64,000 nt of DNA. Origin: Clostridia bacterium (lineage in GTDB: Bacteria; Bacillota; Clostridia; Oscillospirales; QAKW01). The stretch's first letter is position 1; each line of letters opens with the position of its first letter. This document shows positions 49,249 through 59,769 of this stretch, in pieces. The notes under the pieces were generated by a model. That model was given only the letters and a program-made list of their open reading frames with translations, was not told where the DNA came from and searched no databases. The DNA is taken from the NCBI GenBank assembly GCA_017464525.1, contig JAFTZM010000008.1:29623-93622 (forward strand), read 5' to 3'. Both the position numbers and the translations under genes were made by a program.

Positions 49249-50199
49249 ATGATCGAGATTGAAAGACCCCGGATCGAAACCGAGGTGATCGGTGATAATG
49301 GCGAGTACGGCCGTTTTGTGGCTGATCCTCTGGAGAGAGGCTACGGTCTCACCCTTGGCAACTCTCTGCGCCGAATTCTGCTTTCCTCCCTGCCTGGCTG
49401 TGCAGTTGTTGCAGCCAAGATCAATGATGTTCCCCATGAATTCACCACCATTGAAGGCGTGAAGGAGGATGTTACCGAGATCATCCTGAACATCAAGGGC
49501 ATTATCCCGAAGCTCTACTGCGAAGAGCAAAAAACCGTATATATCGAGGCGAAGGGCCCCTGCGTTGTGACTGCCGGCGATATTAAGGCAGACAGCGATG
49601 TTGAGATCCTGAACCCTGATCATGTCCTGGCGACTCTGGGCGAGGGTGCCGTTTTGAATATTGAGCTGGTCATCGATCATGGCCGCGGCTATGTTTCCGC
49701 CGAAAAGAATAAGGCCTATACCGAAAACCAGACCAATATGCTGGCTGTGGACAGCGACTTCTCTCCTGTTACCAAGGTAAACTATAAGGTAGAGAACACC
49801 CGTGTCGGTCAGATCACCGACTTTGATAAGCTGACTCTGGAAGTTTGGACCAACGCAGTTACGTCCGCCAGTGATGCAGTTTCTTTGGCCGCAAAGGTAA
49901 TGAACGAGCATCTTTCTTTGTTCATTGATCTTTCCGAAAAGGCAAAGAACGCCGAGATCATGGTAGATAAGGAAGTTTCCTCTACCAGCACCGCCCTCCG
50001 GATGACCATCGAGGAGCTGGATCTCTCCGTTCGTTCCTTCAATTGCTTGAAGCGTGCCGGTATCAATACCGTGGAGGATCTGATCAATAAGAGCGAAGAG
50101 GATATGATGAAGGTTCGGAACCTTGGCAGAAAGTCCCTGGACGAAGTGATCGGCAAGATCGCCTCTCTGGGCCTTGCGCTGAAGAAGGACGACGAATAA
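49249..50199 (+). CDS. rpoA: RNA polymerase alpha subunit
   Basis: [38 protein letters not shown]. Confidence 0.99.
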   Translation: MIEIERPRIETEVIGDNGEYGRFVADPLERGYGLTLGNSLRRILLSSLPGCAVVAAKINDVPHEFTTIEGVKEDVTEIILNIKGIIPKLYCEEQKTVYIEAKGPCVVTAGDIKADSDVEILNPDHVLATLGEGAVLNIELVIDHGRGYVSAEKNKAYTENQTNMLAVDSDFSPVTKVNYKVENTRVGQITDFDKLTLEVWTNAVTSASDAVSLAAKVMNEHLSLFIDLSEKAKNAEIMVDKEVSSTSTALRMTIEELDLSVRSFNCLKRAGINTVEDLINKSEEDMMKVRNLGRKSLDEVIGKIASLGLALKKDDE

Positions 50200-50238
50200 T
50201 TATTACTGATTTACTGATTGCAAAGGAGGTTTACTCTT

Positions 50239-50580
50239 ATGTCCGGTTATAGAAAGTTGGGCCGCCCTACCGCTCATCGTAAGGCGATGCTCAGAGGCAT
50301 GGTAACCTATCTGCTGGAGAACGGTTCTGTTGAAACCACTTTGACCCGTGCAAAGGAAGTTGGCAGAGTCGCCGAGAAGATGATTACCTTGGGCAAGGCT
50401 AATACGCTGCACACCAAGCGTCAGGCTCTGTCCTACATTACCAAGGAAGATGTTGTTAATAAGCTGTTTACCGAGATCGCTCCCAATTATGAAAGCGTGA
50501 ACGGCGGTTACACCCGTATCGTAAAGATCGGCCCCCGCCGCGGTGACGGTGCTGAAATGGCTATCGTTCAGTTGGTATAA
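50239..50580 (+). CDS. rplQ: 50S ribosomal protein L17
   Basis: [19 protein letters not shown]; start reassigned to 50239. Confidence 0.99.
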   Translation: MSGYRKLGRPTAHRKAMLRGMVTYLLENGSVETTLTRAKEVGRVAEKMITLGKANTLHTKRQALSYITKEDVVNKLFTEIAPNYESVNGGYTRIVKIGPRRGDGAEMAIVQLV

Positions 50581-50591
50581 TTAAATTTTTA

Positions 50592-50619
50592 AAAAGAGAC
50601 CTCTTCGGAGGTCTCTTTT
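50592..50619 (+). terminator. Rho-independent terminator of the alpha operon
   Basis: AAAAGAGACCTC-TTCG-GAGGTCTCTTTT. Confidence 0.9.
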
Positions 50620-50671
50620 GTTTGTTGTATACAAAAATGAGTCGCTTTAGTTGTTCAATATAAATAAGGAA

Positions 50672-50689
50672 TGTTACATTAATGTGACA
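50672..50689. promoter_or_regulatory. Near-perfect 18-bp palindrome (operator candidate)
   Basis: TGTTACATTAATGTGACA, upstream of TATAAT at 50726. Confidence 0.45.
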
Positions 50690-50753
50690 AATTGGAAATT
50701 TGGTCGATTTTATTAATTTGCTGTGTATAATAGAAAATGAAGGAGGCGACGAA

Positions 50754-50849
50754 ATGCGTGTAAAGAGAATCAACATAATATGCCTGATATTCATACCGGC
50801 AAGACTATGGGGAGTACAAGCTTCCATTATGAATTCGATCAATAAATAA
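50754..50849 (+). CDS. Putative 31-aa small protein (or sRNA)
   Basis: AAGGAGG RBS before ATG; MRVKRINIICLIFIPARLWGVQASIMNSINK; own -10 and terminator. Confidence 0.4.
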   Translation: MRVKRINIICLIFIPARLWGVQASIMNSINK

Positions 50850-50850
50850 C

Positions 50851-50893
50851 TGCAACGGGAATGCCTTTCTTTGGCGTTCCCGTTGTACTTTTT
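50851..50893 (+). terminator. Rho-independent terminator
   Basis: TGCAACGGGAATGCC-TTTCTTT-GGCGTTCCCGTTGTA-CTTTTT. Confidence 0.75.
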
Positions 50894-50894
50894 G

Positions 50895-50923
50895 TTGCAA
50901 TCTCTTCCTAATTGTGATATATT
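50895..50923 (+). promoter_or_regulatory. Sigma-A promoter of the EEP cluster
   Basis: TTGCAA-17 bp-TATATT with extended TG. Confidence 0.6.
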
Positions 50924-50955
50924 TAAAGAAACAACACCCCGAAAGGAGCCGTTTT

Positions 50956-51984
50956 ATGAGAAAAATCATAGGTTTTTTATTGGTTTTTTGCTTGGTTTTA
51001 ACCGGTTGTGCCGGGTCCGGGCAGGAAGAGGAGAGCGCCCAAGTGGGCTACAAGCCCCCGGAGGTGGTGGGCAGCACGGTTCAGACGGGGGATAAGGATG
51101 AGATTATCAAGGAGGAAGAAGAGGCCCAGAAGGTCACCGTACCCACCGGCACCGGCGAGCAGGTGGAGGTGGTGGATTACACCGGCAAATTCCCCGTCAT
51201 CACCGAAAAAAATACCTTTTCCACCTTTAATATAAACATGAAAAATGAAAACGGCAAGGACGATCAAAGCTATGCCACCCGGCTAAAGCTGCTGATGGAG
51301 CTGTTGGTAAAGTATAATCCCGATGTGATCACCTTTCAGGAGGTGGGCAGCGATTGGATGGATTTCATCGTGCCCCAGCTGGAAAACATTTACGATTACT
51401 ACCTGATTTATCCTCAAAAAGAAGATAAAACCACTGCAAATCCCATCTTTTTTAAGATCGAAAAGTTTGAGGATGAATCCGGCGGCTGCTTCTGGGTCTC
51501 CGATACCCCCGAGGAGGAGTCCCCCGCACCGGACGGCAAATACTACAACTGCACCTGGCTTCAGTTGAAGGAAAAGGCCAGCGGTAATTCGGTTTATATT
51601 TTTAACTCTAAGCTGAGCCCTGAGGTGGGGCAAAAGGGCGCAGAGATCATTCGCTCCAAGTGTGAATTTGTGGGCTGGAAAAAGGCTATTGTATGCAACC
51701 TGGATCTGGGAGCTGCCTTAGACAGCGCCGCGGGAACGGTGCTGCAAAAGAATCTTTTCAACAGTAACACCACCAACAACGCCACTCCCACCAGCTATGT
51801 GTACAGCGGAGCCGGCGACATCCACGATTTCTCTCTGTATACCAAGGTCTGCCTGAGCCCTAAGACCTATAAGGTGGTCACCGACCGGATCGATGGAAAG
51901 ATGGTTTCGGATCACAACCCCATTTTCAGTGAGTTTTCCATCAATACCGAAACCCTCAACTACGAAGATCAATTTATCTTTTAG
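50956..51984 (+). CDS. EEP-family lipoprotein 1 (partly degenerate active site)
   Basis: Lipobox LTGC; STFNI, FQEV and SDH present, but NTH is replaced by NSK and GDFN by LDLG. Confidence 0.85.
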   Translation: MRKIIGFLLVFCLVLTGCAGSGQEEESAQVGYKPPEVVGSTVQTGDKDEIIKEEEEAQKVTVPTGTGEQVEVVDYTGKFPVITEKNTFSTFNINMKNENGKDDQSYATRLKLLMELLVKYNPDVITFQEVGSDWMDFIVPQLENIYDYYLIYPQKEDKTTANPIFFKIEKFEDESGGCFWVSDTPEEESPAPDGKYYNCTWLQLKEKASGNSVYIFNSKLSPEVGQKGAEIIRSKCEFVGWKKAIVCNLDLGAALDSAAGTVLQKNLFNSNTTNNATPTSYVYSGAGDIHDFSLYTKVCLSPKTYKVVTDRIDGKMVSDHNPIFSEFSINTETLNYEDQFIF

Positions 51985-51994
51985 GAGAATCCGT

Positions 51995-53062
51995 ATGAAT
52001 CATAAAAAATGGATGGCATTGGCCATGATTATCGCCCTGCTGCTTACCGGTATGGTGGGATGCAAAAAGGCGGAGGAGCAGACGCAGGAGGAGAGCGCCT
52101 CCGCCGGCGATGTGGTACAGCAGGAGGGAACCGAGCAGAAGCAGGAAACCACCAAAACGCCGGCCTCTACCAATAGTCCCGAGGTGGTAAACAAGAACGA
52201 TAAGACCATTACCCTTCCCACCAAAAAGGAAGAGCCGGAGGAGACCCCCAACGAGGAGGAGCCGAAGGAAGAGGTGGTGATCGAGGAAGGCAACAAGCTG
52301 AAGATCGTGGATTATAATGTGCGCTGTGTGGATGACGGTGTGGGCAAGACCATCGAGGAACGGGCAGTCCGCTTTGAGGATCTGATGAACCGGCTGGATC
52401 CGGATATCATGGGTCTGCAGGAGGTCACGCCCCGTTGGCTGGATTACCTCACCGAAAACTTTACCGACGATTATGAATATCTCCATCGCTGGCGGTCTGT
52501 GACCAGCGAGGAAGGTACTCCTATCTTTTGGAAAAAGGATAAATTTAAGCTGGTGGATTCCGGTTATTTCTGGCTCAGTGATACCCCTGACCGGGAAAGC
52601 AAGGCGGACAACTGGGGCGCCGATTGTTACCGCATTTGTATGTGGGTCAAGCTGAAAGTCAAGGCCACCGGGAAGGAATTCCTTTTCTTTAATACCCATT
52701 TCGATTATAAAAACGATACCTGCCATGTGAACAGCGCCAAGGTGGTCATTCAGCAGGCCACCAAGCTGAGAGGTTTCAGCAAATACGCCATCTTCTGCAC
52801 CGGCGATTATAATATGGGCCGTAACGGAAAGGGCTACCAGGCGATGTATCAGAAATTTGCCGATCTCAATGCGGATCTGAATGATGATCTTTCCCCTACC
52901 ACCAACGGCTATAACGAAAGTAATGGGGGCAGTATCATCGATTATGTGTTTTATTCGCCCCAACTGGTGAAGCCCTTGAAATATCAGGTGCTCAATGAAA
53001 AGATCTTCGACGGATATATCTCCGATCACCGGGGGATCTATGTAGAGGCTGCGCTGTTATGA
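51995..53062 (+). CDS. EEP-family lipoprotein 2
   Basis: Lipobox MVGC; acidic linker; YNVR, LQEV, FWLSDTP, NTH, GDYN, IDY, SDH. Confidence 0.92.
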   Translation: MNHKKWMALAMIIALLLTGMVGCKKAEEQTQEESASAGDVVQQEGTEQKQETTKTPASTNSPEVVNKNDKTITLPTKKEEPEETPNEEEPKEEVVIEEGNKLKIVDYNVRCVDDGVGKTIEERAVRFEDLMNRLDPDIMGLQEVTPRWLDYLTENFTDDYEYLHRWRSVTSEEGTPIFWKKDKFKLVDSGYFWLSDTPDRESKADNWGADCYRICMWVKLKVKATGKEFLFFNTHFDYKNDTCHVNSAKVVIQQATKLRGFSKYAIFCTGDYNMGRNGKGYQAMYQKFADLNADLNDDLSPTTNGYNESNGGSIIDYVFYSPQLVKPLKYQVLNEKIFDGYISDHRGIYVEAALL

Positions 53063-53832
53063 AAACTTTACTTTCTGCTGTAAGCTATAATCTCCGCGCA
53101 TGGAACGATGGAGAAAATAAAATGATCGGTGACCGTGCGCCTCGCCTGCAGGCGGTGATGTACGATCGCGATCCCGACCTGATGGGCTTTCAAGAGGTTC
53201 GTCCGGTTTGGATGAAGTACCTGACGCTCTATTTCGGGAATGAATACGACCATGAGATCATGTACCGGGATTCTGCCGGGCTGAACAGTGAATCCACCCC
53301 CATCTTCTGGAAGAAGAAAAAATTTCAACGCTTGGACGGCGGAAGCTTTTGGCTTAGCGAAACACCGGATCAGGAATCCAAGGGATGGGGTGCCGATTAT
53401 TATCGGGTCTGTACTTGGGTGCGGCTGAAATGCCGGGAAACCGGAGAAGAGTTTTTATACTACAATACGCACTACGACGGTCCCTCCTGCCATTGCGGCA
53501 GCAACCGGCTGGTTCTGGCTCATATGCGGGAGCAGGGCGGCTTTGCAGGATGCCCGGTTCTATATACCGGCGATTTCAATATGACACCTGAAAGTGAGGG
53601 CTATCGGGATCTTCTGGCAAGCGGGGAATTGAAGGATCTGAACTGCTTGCTGGAGGCCTCTGCGGCGATCACCACGGATGGTTATAATGAAAATAATGGC
53701 GGCCGCATCATCGATTTTTGTTACTGCTCGGAGCAAGTTATCCCCTCCAAATACCAGATCCTGAATCAGAAGATTCTGGGCGGTTATGTTTCTGACCACC
53801 GGGGTTTGTATATTGAAGCGGAACTCACCTAA
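53059..53832 (+). CDS. EEP-family protein 3 (no signal peptide)
   Basis: SYNLR, FQEV, FWLSETP, NTH, GDFN, SDH. Confidence 0.92.
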   Translation: MKTLLSAVSYNLRAWNDGENKMIGDRAPRLQAVMYDRDPDLMGFQEVRPVWMKYLTLYFGNEYDHEIMYRDSAGLNSESTPIFWKKKKFQRLDGGSFWLSETPDQESKGWGADYYRVCTWVRLKCRETGEEFLYYNTHYDGPSCHCGSNRLVLAHMREQGGFAGCPVLYTGDFNMTPESEGYRDLLASGELKDLNCLLEASAAITTDGYNENNGGRIIDFCYCSEQVIPSKYQILNQKILGGYVSDHRGLYIEAELT

Positions 53833-53856
53833 AAAACTTTATAGGAGGACAAAATC

Positions 53857-54975
53857 ATGACAGCAAAAAAATGGATGGCAATTGCCATGATCTTTGCACT
53901 GCTGCTGACCGGTATGGTGGGCTGTAAATCCCCCGATACGGAGGAGGGCGCTGTGGTGAACGAGTATGTGGAAGGGGATACTTCTGCTACCGATGTAGAG
54001 CAGGATCTGCCGGAAAAGGTGGAACAAAGTGAAACTGGTTCTTCTGCGAATGATACGGATGAGCTTGCCGATAACAGCGGCGATACAACCAAAACCGAAA
54101 CGCCGAAGGAGGATACGCCGGCTCTCGACACCCAGACTCTTACAGAGGATACCAACACCCCCGCCGAGGAGGATCCTGTGGAGGAGCCGGAGGTGCAGTA
54201 TCAGGCAGGAAATCTGCTGAAGTTGGTAGATTATAATGTGCGCTGCGCCAACGATGGGGATAACAAGCAGGTGGCCGACCGTGGACCCCGGCTGGAAAAG
54301 CTGATCGATCAGCTAGATCCCGATCTGATGGGCTTTCAGGAAGTAACGCCTACCTGGCGTGGATTGCTGGCCGGGTATTTCTCCGATGAATACGACTATG
54401 TATATAAGGAAAGAAACCCCGGCGGGGAGTGCACCCCTATTTTTTGGAAAAAAGATAAATTTGAAAAGATGGATGAGGGGTATTTCTGGCTCAGCGAGAC
54501 CCCCGAATCGGAATCCAAGGGCTGGGATGCGGATTATTACAGGATCTGCTCCTGGGTGCGGCTGAAGATCAAGGCCACCGGAAAAGAGTTTTTATACTTT
54601 AATTCCCATTGGGATGGCTCCGGTCAATGCCATATCGGCAGCGCCAAGGTGACCTTTTCCTATGCCCGCAAAGCGGGCGCCTTCAGCAAGTACGGAATGT
54701 TACTGACGGCCGACTTTAATATGATCCCCTGGAGCAAGGGCTATTCGGCGGTGGTGGAATCCGGGGAACTTTCGGATGTGAACTATGATCTGGAAAATGA
54801 CACGACTCCGACAACAAACGGCTATAATGACTCGTCGGGCGGCCGGATCATTGATATGTGCTTCTATTCCCCGGAAAAGATCCTGCCGGTCTCCTATAAG
54901 GTCCTGAACGAAAAGATTGATGGAGGATATATCTCCGACCACCGCGGCTTGCTGGTGGAGGTGGCAATTTTATAA
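53857..54975 (+). CDS. EEP-family lipoprotein 4
   Basis: Lipobox MVGC; YNVR, FQEV, NSH, ADFN, SDH. Confidence 0.92.
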   Translation: MTAKKWMAIAMIFALLLTGMVGCKSPDTEEGAVVNEYVEGDTSATDVEQDLPEKVEQSETGSSANDTDELADNSGDTTKTETPKEDTPALDTQTLTEDTNTPAEEDPVEEPEVQYQAGNLLKLVDYNVRCANDGDNKQVADRGPRLEKLIDQLDPDLMGFQEVTPTWRGLLAGYFSDEYDYVYKERNPGGECTPIFWKKDKFEKMDEGYFWLSETPESESKGWDADYYRICSWVRLKIKATGKEFLYFNSHWDGSGQCHIGSAKVTFSYARKAGAFSKYGMLLTADFNMIPWSKGYSAVVESGELSDVNYDLENDTTPTTNGYNDSSGGRIIDMCFYSPEKILPVSYKVLNEKIDGGYISDHRGLLVEVAIL

Positions 54976-55060
54976 AAAAATTGTGAAAAGCTATAGAATT
55001 ATTGTAAAAGGTGTGTTACAATAGTGTAAATCGACAATGGTTTTATAGGAGGACAAAATC

Positions 55061-56212
55061 ATGACAGCAAAAAAATGGATGGCAATTGCCATGATCTTTG
55101 CATTGTTGCTGACCGGTATGGTAGGCTGTAAATCCGCCGATACGGAGGAAGGCGCCGTAGTGGATGAATATGTGGAGAGCGATACGCCCGCTACCGAGGT
55201 AGAGCAGGATCTGCCGGAAAAGGTGGAGCAGAGCGGGAATACCGGCTCCTCTACGGATGATGGCGGCGACGAGCCCTCTCAGCAGCCCGCTGATAATAAC
55301 GATAACAGCAACGATACCCCCAATAATGATACCCCCGCTGATGATACGCCGAATACCGACACCCAGACGCCTACTGAGGATACCAACACCCCCTCTGATG
55401 ATACCCCGGAGGAGGAACCGACTGTGCAGTATAAAGAGGGCAACAAGCTGAAGGTAATGTCCTATAATGTACGCTGCGCCAACGATGGTACCGGCAGAAT
55501 GATCGCTGAGCGGGGCCCCCGGCTGGAGATCGTTGTGGATATGTATGACCCCGATATCGTGGGCTTCCAGGAGGTCACTCCCACCTGGCGGACGATGCTG
55601 GAGGGCTATTTCAGCGATGAATACGATTATGTGTATCAGGAGAGAAGCCCCGGCGGTGAATGTACCCCCATTTTCTGGAAAAAGGATAAGTTTGAAAAGA
55701 AGGACGGCGGCCATTTCTGGCTTTCCGAGACCCCCGATACCTCTTCCATCGGCTTCGGCGGCGATCATTACCGGGTGGTCAGCTGGGTGCGCCTGAAGAA
55801 TAAGGCCACCGGTACCCAGTTCCTCTATTTCAATACCCACTATGATTTCACTGCAACGCAGCATATTCCCAGCGGTCAGCTGATCCTTGCCCGTGCCCGC
55901 AAGGCCGGTGGCTTCAGCAAGTATGGCGTATTGCTGACTGCCGACTTCAATATGACCCCCTGGAGCAAGGGCTATCAGACGCTGGTGGAGACCGGTGATC
56001 TGAGCGATGTGAACTACGATCTGGAAAATCTTTCCGACGGCACCTGCAACGGTTATAACGACGGCGACGGATCCGGCGGCTCCATCATCGATATGTGCTT
56101 CTATTCCCCCGCCAAGATCGTACCTCTCAGTTATAAGGTGGTAAATGAAAAGGTCAACGACGGATATGTTTCCGACCACCGGGGCATTTTTATGGAGGTC
56201 GCTCTCTTATAA
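55061..56212 (+). CDS. EEP-family lipoprotein 5
   Basis: Lipobox MVGC; D/N/T/P-rich linker; SYNVR, FQEV, NTH, ADFN, SDH. Confidence 0.92.
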   Translation: MTAKKWMAIAMIFALLLTGMVGCKSADTEEGAVVDEYVESDTPATEVEQDLPEKVEQSGNTGSSTDDGGDEPSQQPADNNDNSNDTPNNDTPADDTPNTDTQTPTEDTNTPSDDTPEEEPTVQYKEGNKLKVMSYNVRCANDGTGRMIAERGPRLEIVVDMYDPDIVGFQEVTPTWRTMLEGYFSDEYDYVYQERSPGGECTPIFWKKDKFEKKDGGHFWLSETPDTSSIGFGGDHYRVVSWVRLKNKATGTQFLYFNTHYDFTATQHIPSGQLILARARKAGGFSKYGVLLTADFNMTPWSKGYQTLVETGDLSDVNYDLENLSDGTCNGYNDGDGSGGSIIDMCFYSPAKIVPLSYKVVNEKVNDGYVSDHRGIFMEVALL

Positions 56213-56215
56213 TCT

Positions 56216-56247
56216 AAAATACTCTCCCACGGGAGAGTATTTTTTTT
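56216..56247 (+). terminator. Rho-independent terminator
   Basis: AAAATACTCTCCC-AC-GGGAGAGTATTTTTTTT. Confidence 0.85.
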
Positions 56248-56330
56248 GAACTTTTTGCAATAAAAGGGTTTCTTTTTCAGGCAATGTATGGTAGAATGTG
56301 CACAACAAGAACTACCGGGAGGTAAGAGGT

Positions 56331-57416
56331 TTGAATTGTAAAAAATGGATGGTAGTAATATTACTGATCGTAATGTTACTTTCGGTTTGTACGGGATGTA
56401 AAAGTGAAGTTCCCGGCGAGACCGCCGCTGCGGATACCGAGGTGGTGGGCGAGGATAATACCCCGGAGGTGGAAGCCGATCTTCCCGAGGTCAATACCGG
56501 GGAGCCGGTGATCCAGCAGGGAACGTCCAATCAGCCTGACCCCCCCAAGGAAGAGCAGGAGGAAGAACCCAAGCAAGAGGAAGAAGCCCCTGTTGTAGAA
56601 ACTGACCCCTATGAGGTTCCCCTCTCCAAGACAGAAGCCACTACCGAGGATGGGATCACCTATTATCTGGAAAATAAATTTAAGGTAGTTTCCTATAATA
56701 TCCGCTGCGCCAACGATCCCAACGGCAACTCCATTGAGGAGCGGGCACCCCGGCTGGAGGAGGTCATTAATAAGTACGACCCCGATCTGATCGGTTTTCA
56801 GGAGTTCACCACTCCGTGGGAGATGCCTGTTGACTTTGCGTTTGCCGAAGAGTATGAGTATGTCTATAAATATCGGGCTGAGAGCAACCTGGAAGCTACC
56901 CCTGTGTTGTTCAAGCGGAGCAAATTCAAATTGTTGGATAGCGGCACCTACTGGCTCAGCGAGACCCCCGAGAAGGAATCTAAGGGCTGGGGCGCCGATC
57001 ATTACCGTATTGTTACTTGGGTCAAGCTGGAGGTGCGTCAGACGGGAAAGGTGCTTTATTTCTGCAGCACCCACTTCGATTTTACCGATGACCCGCAGGT
57101 AAACAGTGCGAATCTGATCATTGACAGGGTGAAGGGTGAATATAAAAATGCTCCCACTATCGTGGTAGGCGATTTCAATATGACCAAGCAATCCAAGGGC
57201 TACGCCGCTATGACCGCTTATTTTACCGATGCAAATGTAAAAAATGACCCTGCCAAAACCTATACCGGCTATGGCGAGGCCAAATCGTTGATCGATTTTA
57301 TCTTTGTGACCGGCAAGCATATCAAGCCGGTGGATTATAAGGTGATGGACGATAAGCCGGATGGGAACTTTGCTTCCGATCATTTCGGCGTTTACAGTGA
57401 GGTTATTATATTATGA
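56331..57416 (+). CDS. EEP-family lipoprotein 6
   Basis: TTG start after GGGAGG; lipobox CTGC; SYNIR, FQEF, STH, GDFN, SDH; TGgTAGAAT at 56289-56297 upstream. Confidence 0.9.
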   Translation: MNCKKWMVVILLIVMLLSVCTGCKSEVPGETAAADTEVVGEDNTPEVEADLPEVNTGEPVIQQGTSNQPDPPKEEQEEEPKQEEEAPVVETDPYEVPLSKTEATTEDGITYYLENKFKVVSYNIRCANDPNGNSIEERAPRLEEVINKYDPDLIGFQEFTTPWEMPVDFAFAEEYEYVYKYRAESNLEATPVLFKRSKFKLLDSGTYWLSETPEKESKGWGADHYRIVTWVKLEVRQTGKVLYFCSTHFDFTDDPQVNSANLIIDRVKGEYKNAPTIVVGDFNMTKQSKGYAAMTAYFTDANVKNDPAKTYTGYGEAKSLIDFIFVTGKHIKPVDYKVMDDKPDGNFASDHFGVYSEVIIL

Positions 57417-58336
57417 TGAAAAGGATCGTATGCTTTTTAATGCTGGCCGTACTGCTGGTGAGCGGCTTTACCGGCTGCAAAAAGAATGCCGCAGAATCGA
57501 TGATCCAGGAATATATTCTGGAGGATTCCGAAGGCTTTTATGATATCCCCGAAGCCTTTACCGCTTCGGTTACTGCAGACGGTACCGCCTATGCGGTGGA
57601 AAATAAGATCAAGGTAGTTTCTTATAACATCCGCTGCGCCAATGATGCCAACGGCAATTCCATCAAGGAGCGGGCGCCCCGGCTGGAGCAGGTGATCGGG
57701 AAGTACGATCCCGATATCATGGGATTTCAGGAGTTTGTGCCGGAATGGAACAATTATGTGGAGCCTGCCTTTTCCGATACCTATGATTATATCATCTATT
57801 ACCGCTCCAAGGATAACTATGAAGGCACCCCCGTTTTCTGGAAGCGGAATAAATTCAAGCTGCTGGACAGCGGCGTGTTCTGGCTCTCCGAGACCCCCGA
57901 TACGGAATCTCTGGGATGGGACGCCGATTACTACCGGATCTGCTCCTGGATCAAGCTGGAGGTGCGGGCTACCGGTAAGGTGTTCTATTATTATAATACC
58001 CACTTTGATTATACAGAGCCGCCTCAGGTGCCCAGCGCACAGTTGATGACTGAGCGGGTAGTGGCAGATGCCCCTGTGATCGTTACCGGTGATTTTAATA
58101 TGACACCCAAATCCAAGGGCTACGCTGCAATGACAGAGGTCTTTGCCGATGCCAATACCGCCGGCGATACCACCGCTACCTTTACCGATTACGGTACCAA
58201 GGAAGACCCCATTCTGATCGACTACATCTTTACGAAAGATTCCATCTCTGAAAATTATACGGTCATGACCGAGATGCCCGGCGGCAAATATGTCTCCGAT
58301 CATTTCGGAGTTTATAGCGAGGTAATTATATTATGA
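57413..58336 (+). CDS. EEP-family lipoprotein 7
   Basis: Lipobox FTGC; SYNIR, FQEF, NTH, GDFN, SDH; same C-terminus (SDHFGVYSEVIIL) as EEP6. Confidence 0.92.
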   Translation: MMKRIVCFLMLAVLLVSGFTGCKKNAAESMIQEYILEDSEGFYDIPEAFTASVTADGTAYAVENKIKVVSYNIRCANDANGNSIKERAPRLEQVIGKYDPDIMGFQEFVPEWNNYVEPAFSDTYDYIIYYRSKDNYEGTPVFWKRNKFKLLDSGVFWLSETPDTESLGWDADYYRICSWIKLEVRATGKVFYYYNTHFDYTEPPQVPSAQLMTERVVADAPVIVTGDFNMTPKSKGYAAMTEVFADANTAGDTTATFTDYGTKEDPILIDYIFTKDSISENYTVMTEMPGGKYVSDHFGVYSEVIIL

Positions 58337-59769
58337 AAGTGATCTCTTTTAACATCCGCAGTTCAAGCGACCCCAACGGTCATTCCTTTGATGAGCGGGC
58401 ACCCCGTGTGAAGGCGGTCATCGATAAGTATGACCCCGATCTCATCGGCTTCCAGGAGGTAGTTCCCGCCTGGATGGAGCATATTCCCGGCGATTATGGC
58501 GAAAAGTATGAAATTTTTCATAAGTTCCGTTGCGAGACCTTCGATGTGGAGGGCTGCCCCATCCTTTGGAAAAAGGATAAATTTGAGTGCCTGGATAAGG
58601 GCTACTTCTGGTTCTCCGAGACCCCCGGTATCGTCTCTCGGGGCTGGGATTCCATCGGCTGCCACCGCACCTGTATGTGGGTGAAGCTGCGGGATCTGGA
58701 GAAGGGCACTGTGTTCCATTTCTTCAATACCCACTTCGGGTTCAGCGATAAGTGCCAGCTGGACAGCGTGAAGCTGCTGATGGATCACTATAAGGCACTG
58801 AAGGTCAAGAGCGCTCTCATCACCGGCGATTTCAATATGTTTAAGCATTATCCGGCTTATAAAGAGCTGACCAAATCCCTCTGCAACATCAATGAGCTGC
58901 TGGATAACGACCAGAGCTTTACCTTTCATGGCTATCACCCCGAGTACCATGGCCATGAGACCCCCATCGATTTCTGCTTCGTCACCCCCGGTACCGTGGA
59001 GCCCATCTCCTATAAGCGGCTGGACGATACCTTCGAGGGCAAGTTCCCCTCCGACCATTACGGTCTCCTCTGCGAGATGGAGATGAAGCAGAATGTGGAG
59101 GTCATGAGCATGAATGTCTGTGCCGCTCTTCCCGGCGAGGAGGAGAAGGCCATCAAGGGCAGAATGAGCACCGCCAAGCTGCATATCATGCGGTATGTGG
59201 TTCCCGATGTGGCAGGCCTGCAGGAGGTTCCTGCCTTTGCAGAGGAATCCTTCACCAAGACCAAGAACTACGGCTATGCGCCTCTGGGCAGTAAAAACCC
59301 CGTTCTCTGGCATGAGCCCGATTATGAAAAGGTGGCGGAGGCCATTCTCCCCCTGCCCGGCGCTGAGGAGTGCAGTATTGTGACCCTCCGGCATATCAGC
59401 ACCGGCAAGCAGTTTTGCTGTTTCAATGCCCATATTGTGGAAAACGAGGAGGAAAGTGTCCGGCTGATCTGCGAAAAGATCGCCGCCTGCCAGTTGCCGG
59501 TGGTACTGCTGGGCAGCCTCAATTGCCAGATCGGCAGCCCCGCCTATAAGCGGCTGCGGGAGATGCTGGCGGATGTCCGCTGGGAGAAGGCCCCCGGCAA
59601 CATTCAGCCCACCCGCCATGGCCTTGGGCAGGATATGGTGGCGCCCGCCATTGCGGACTATGTCTTCTGCAAGGATCTGGCCCCTGTCCGCTATGAGCTG
59701 ATGGCGGTGAAGAACCGCTTCGAAAAGGTCACCGACCACGATGCCATCCTAGCAGATGTGGCGTTTTGA
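58333..59769 (+). CDS. Double-domain EEP protein 8 (no signal peptide; second domain degenerate)
   Basis: Domain 1 intact; domain 2 has LQEV, NAH, GSLN, TDH. Confidence 0.9.
   Translation: MKVISFNIRSSSDPNGHSFDERAPRVKAVIDKYDPDLIGFQEVVPAWMEHIPGDYGEKYEIFHKFRCETFDVEGCPILWKKDKFECLDKGYFWFSETPGIVSRGWDSIGCHRTCMWVKLRDLEKGTVFHFFNTHFGFSDKCQLDSVKLLMDHYKALKVKSALITGDFNMFKHYPAYKELTKSLCNINELLDNDQSFTFHGYHPEYHGHETPIDFCFVTPGTVEPISYKRLDDTFEGKFPSDHYGLLCEMEMKQNVEVMSMNVCAALPGEEEKAIKGRMSTAKLHIMRYVVPDVAGLQEVPAFAEESFTKTKNYGYAPLGSKNPVLWHEPDYEKVAEAILPLPGAEECSIVTLRHISTGKQFCCFNAHIVENEEESVRLICEKIAACQLPVVLLGSLNCQIGSPAYKRLREMLADVRWEKAPGNIQPTRHGLGQDMVAPAIADYVFCKDLAPVRYELMAVKNRFEKVTDHDAILADVAF

Noticed and set aside
50778-50845. 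Alternative-frame peptide MPDIHTGKTMGSTSFHYEFDQ
   Set aside because: No RBS; the overlapping frame starting at 50754 has the strong Shine-Dalgarno sequence.
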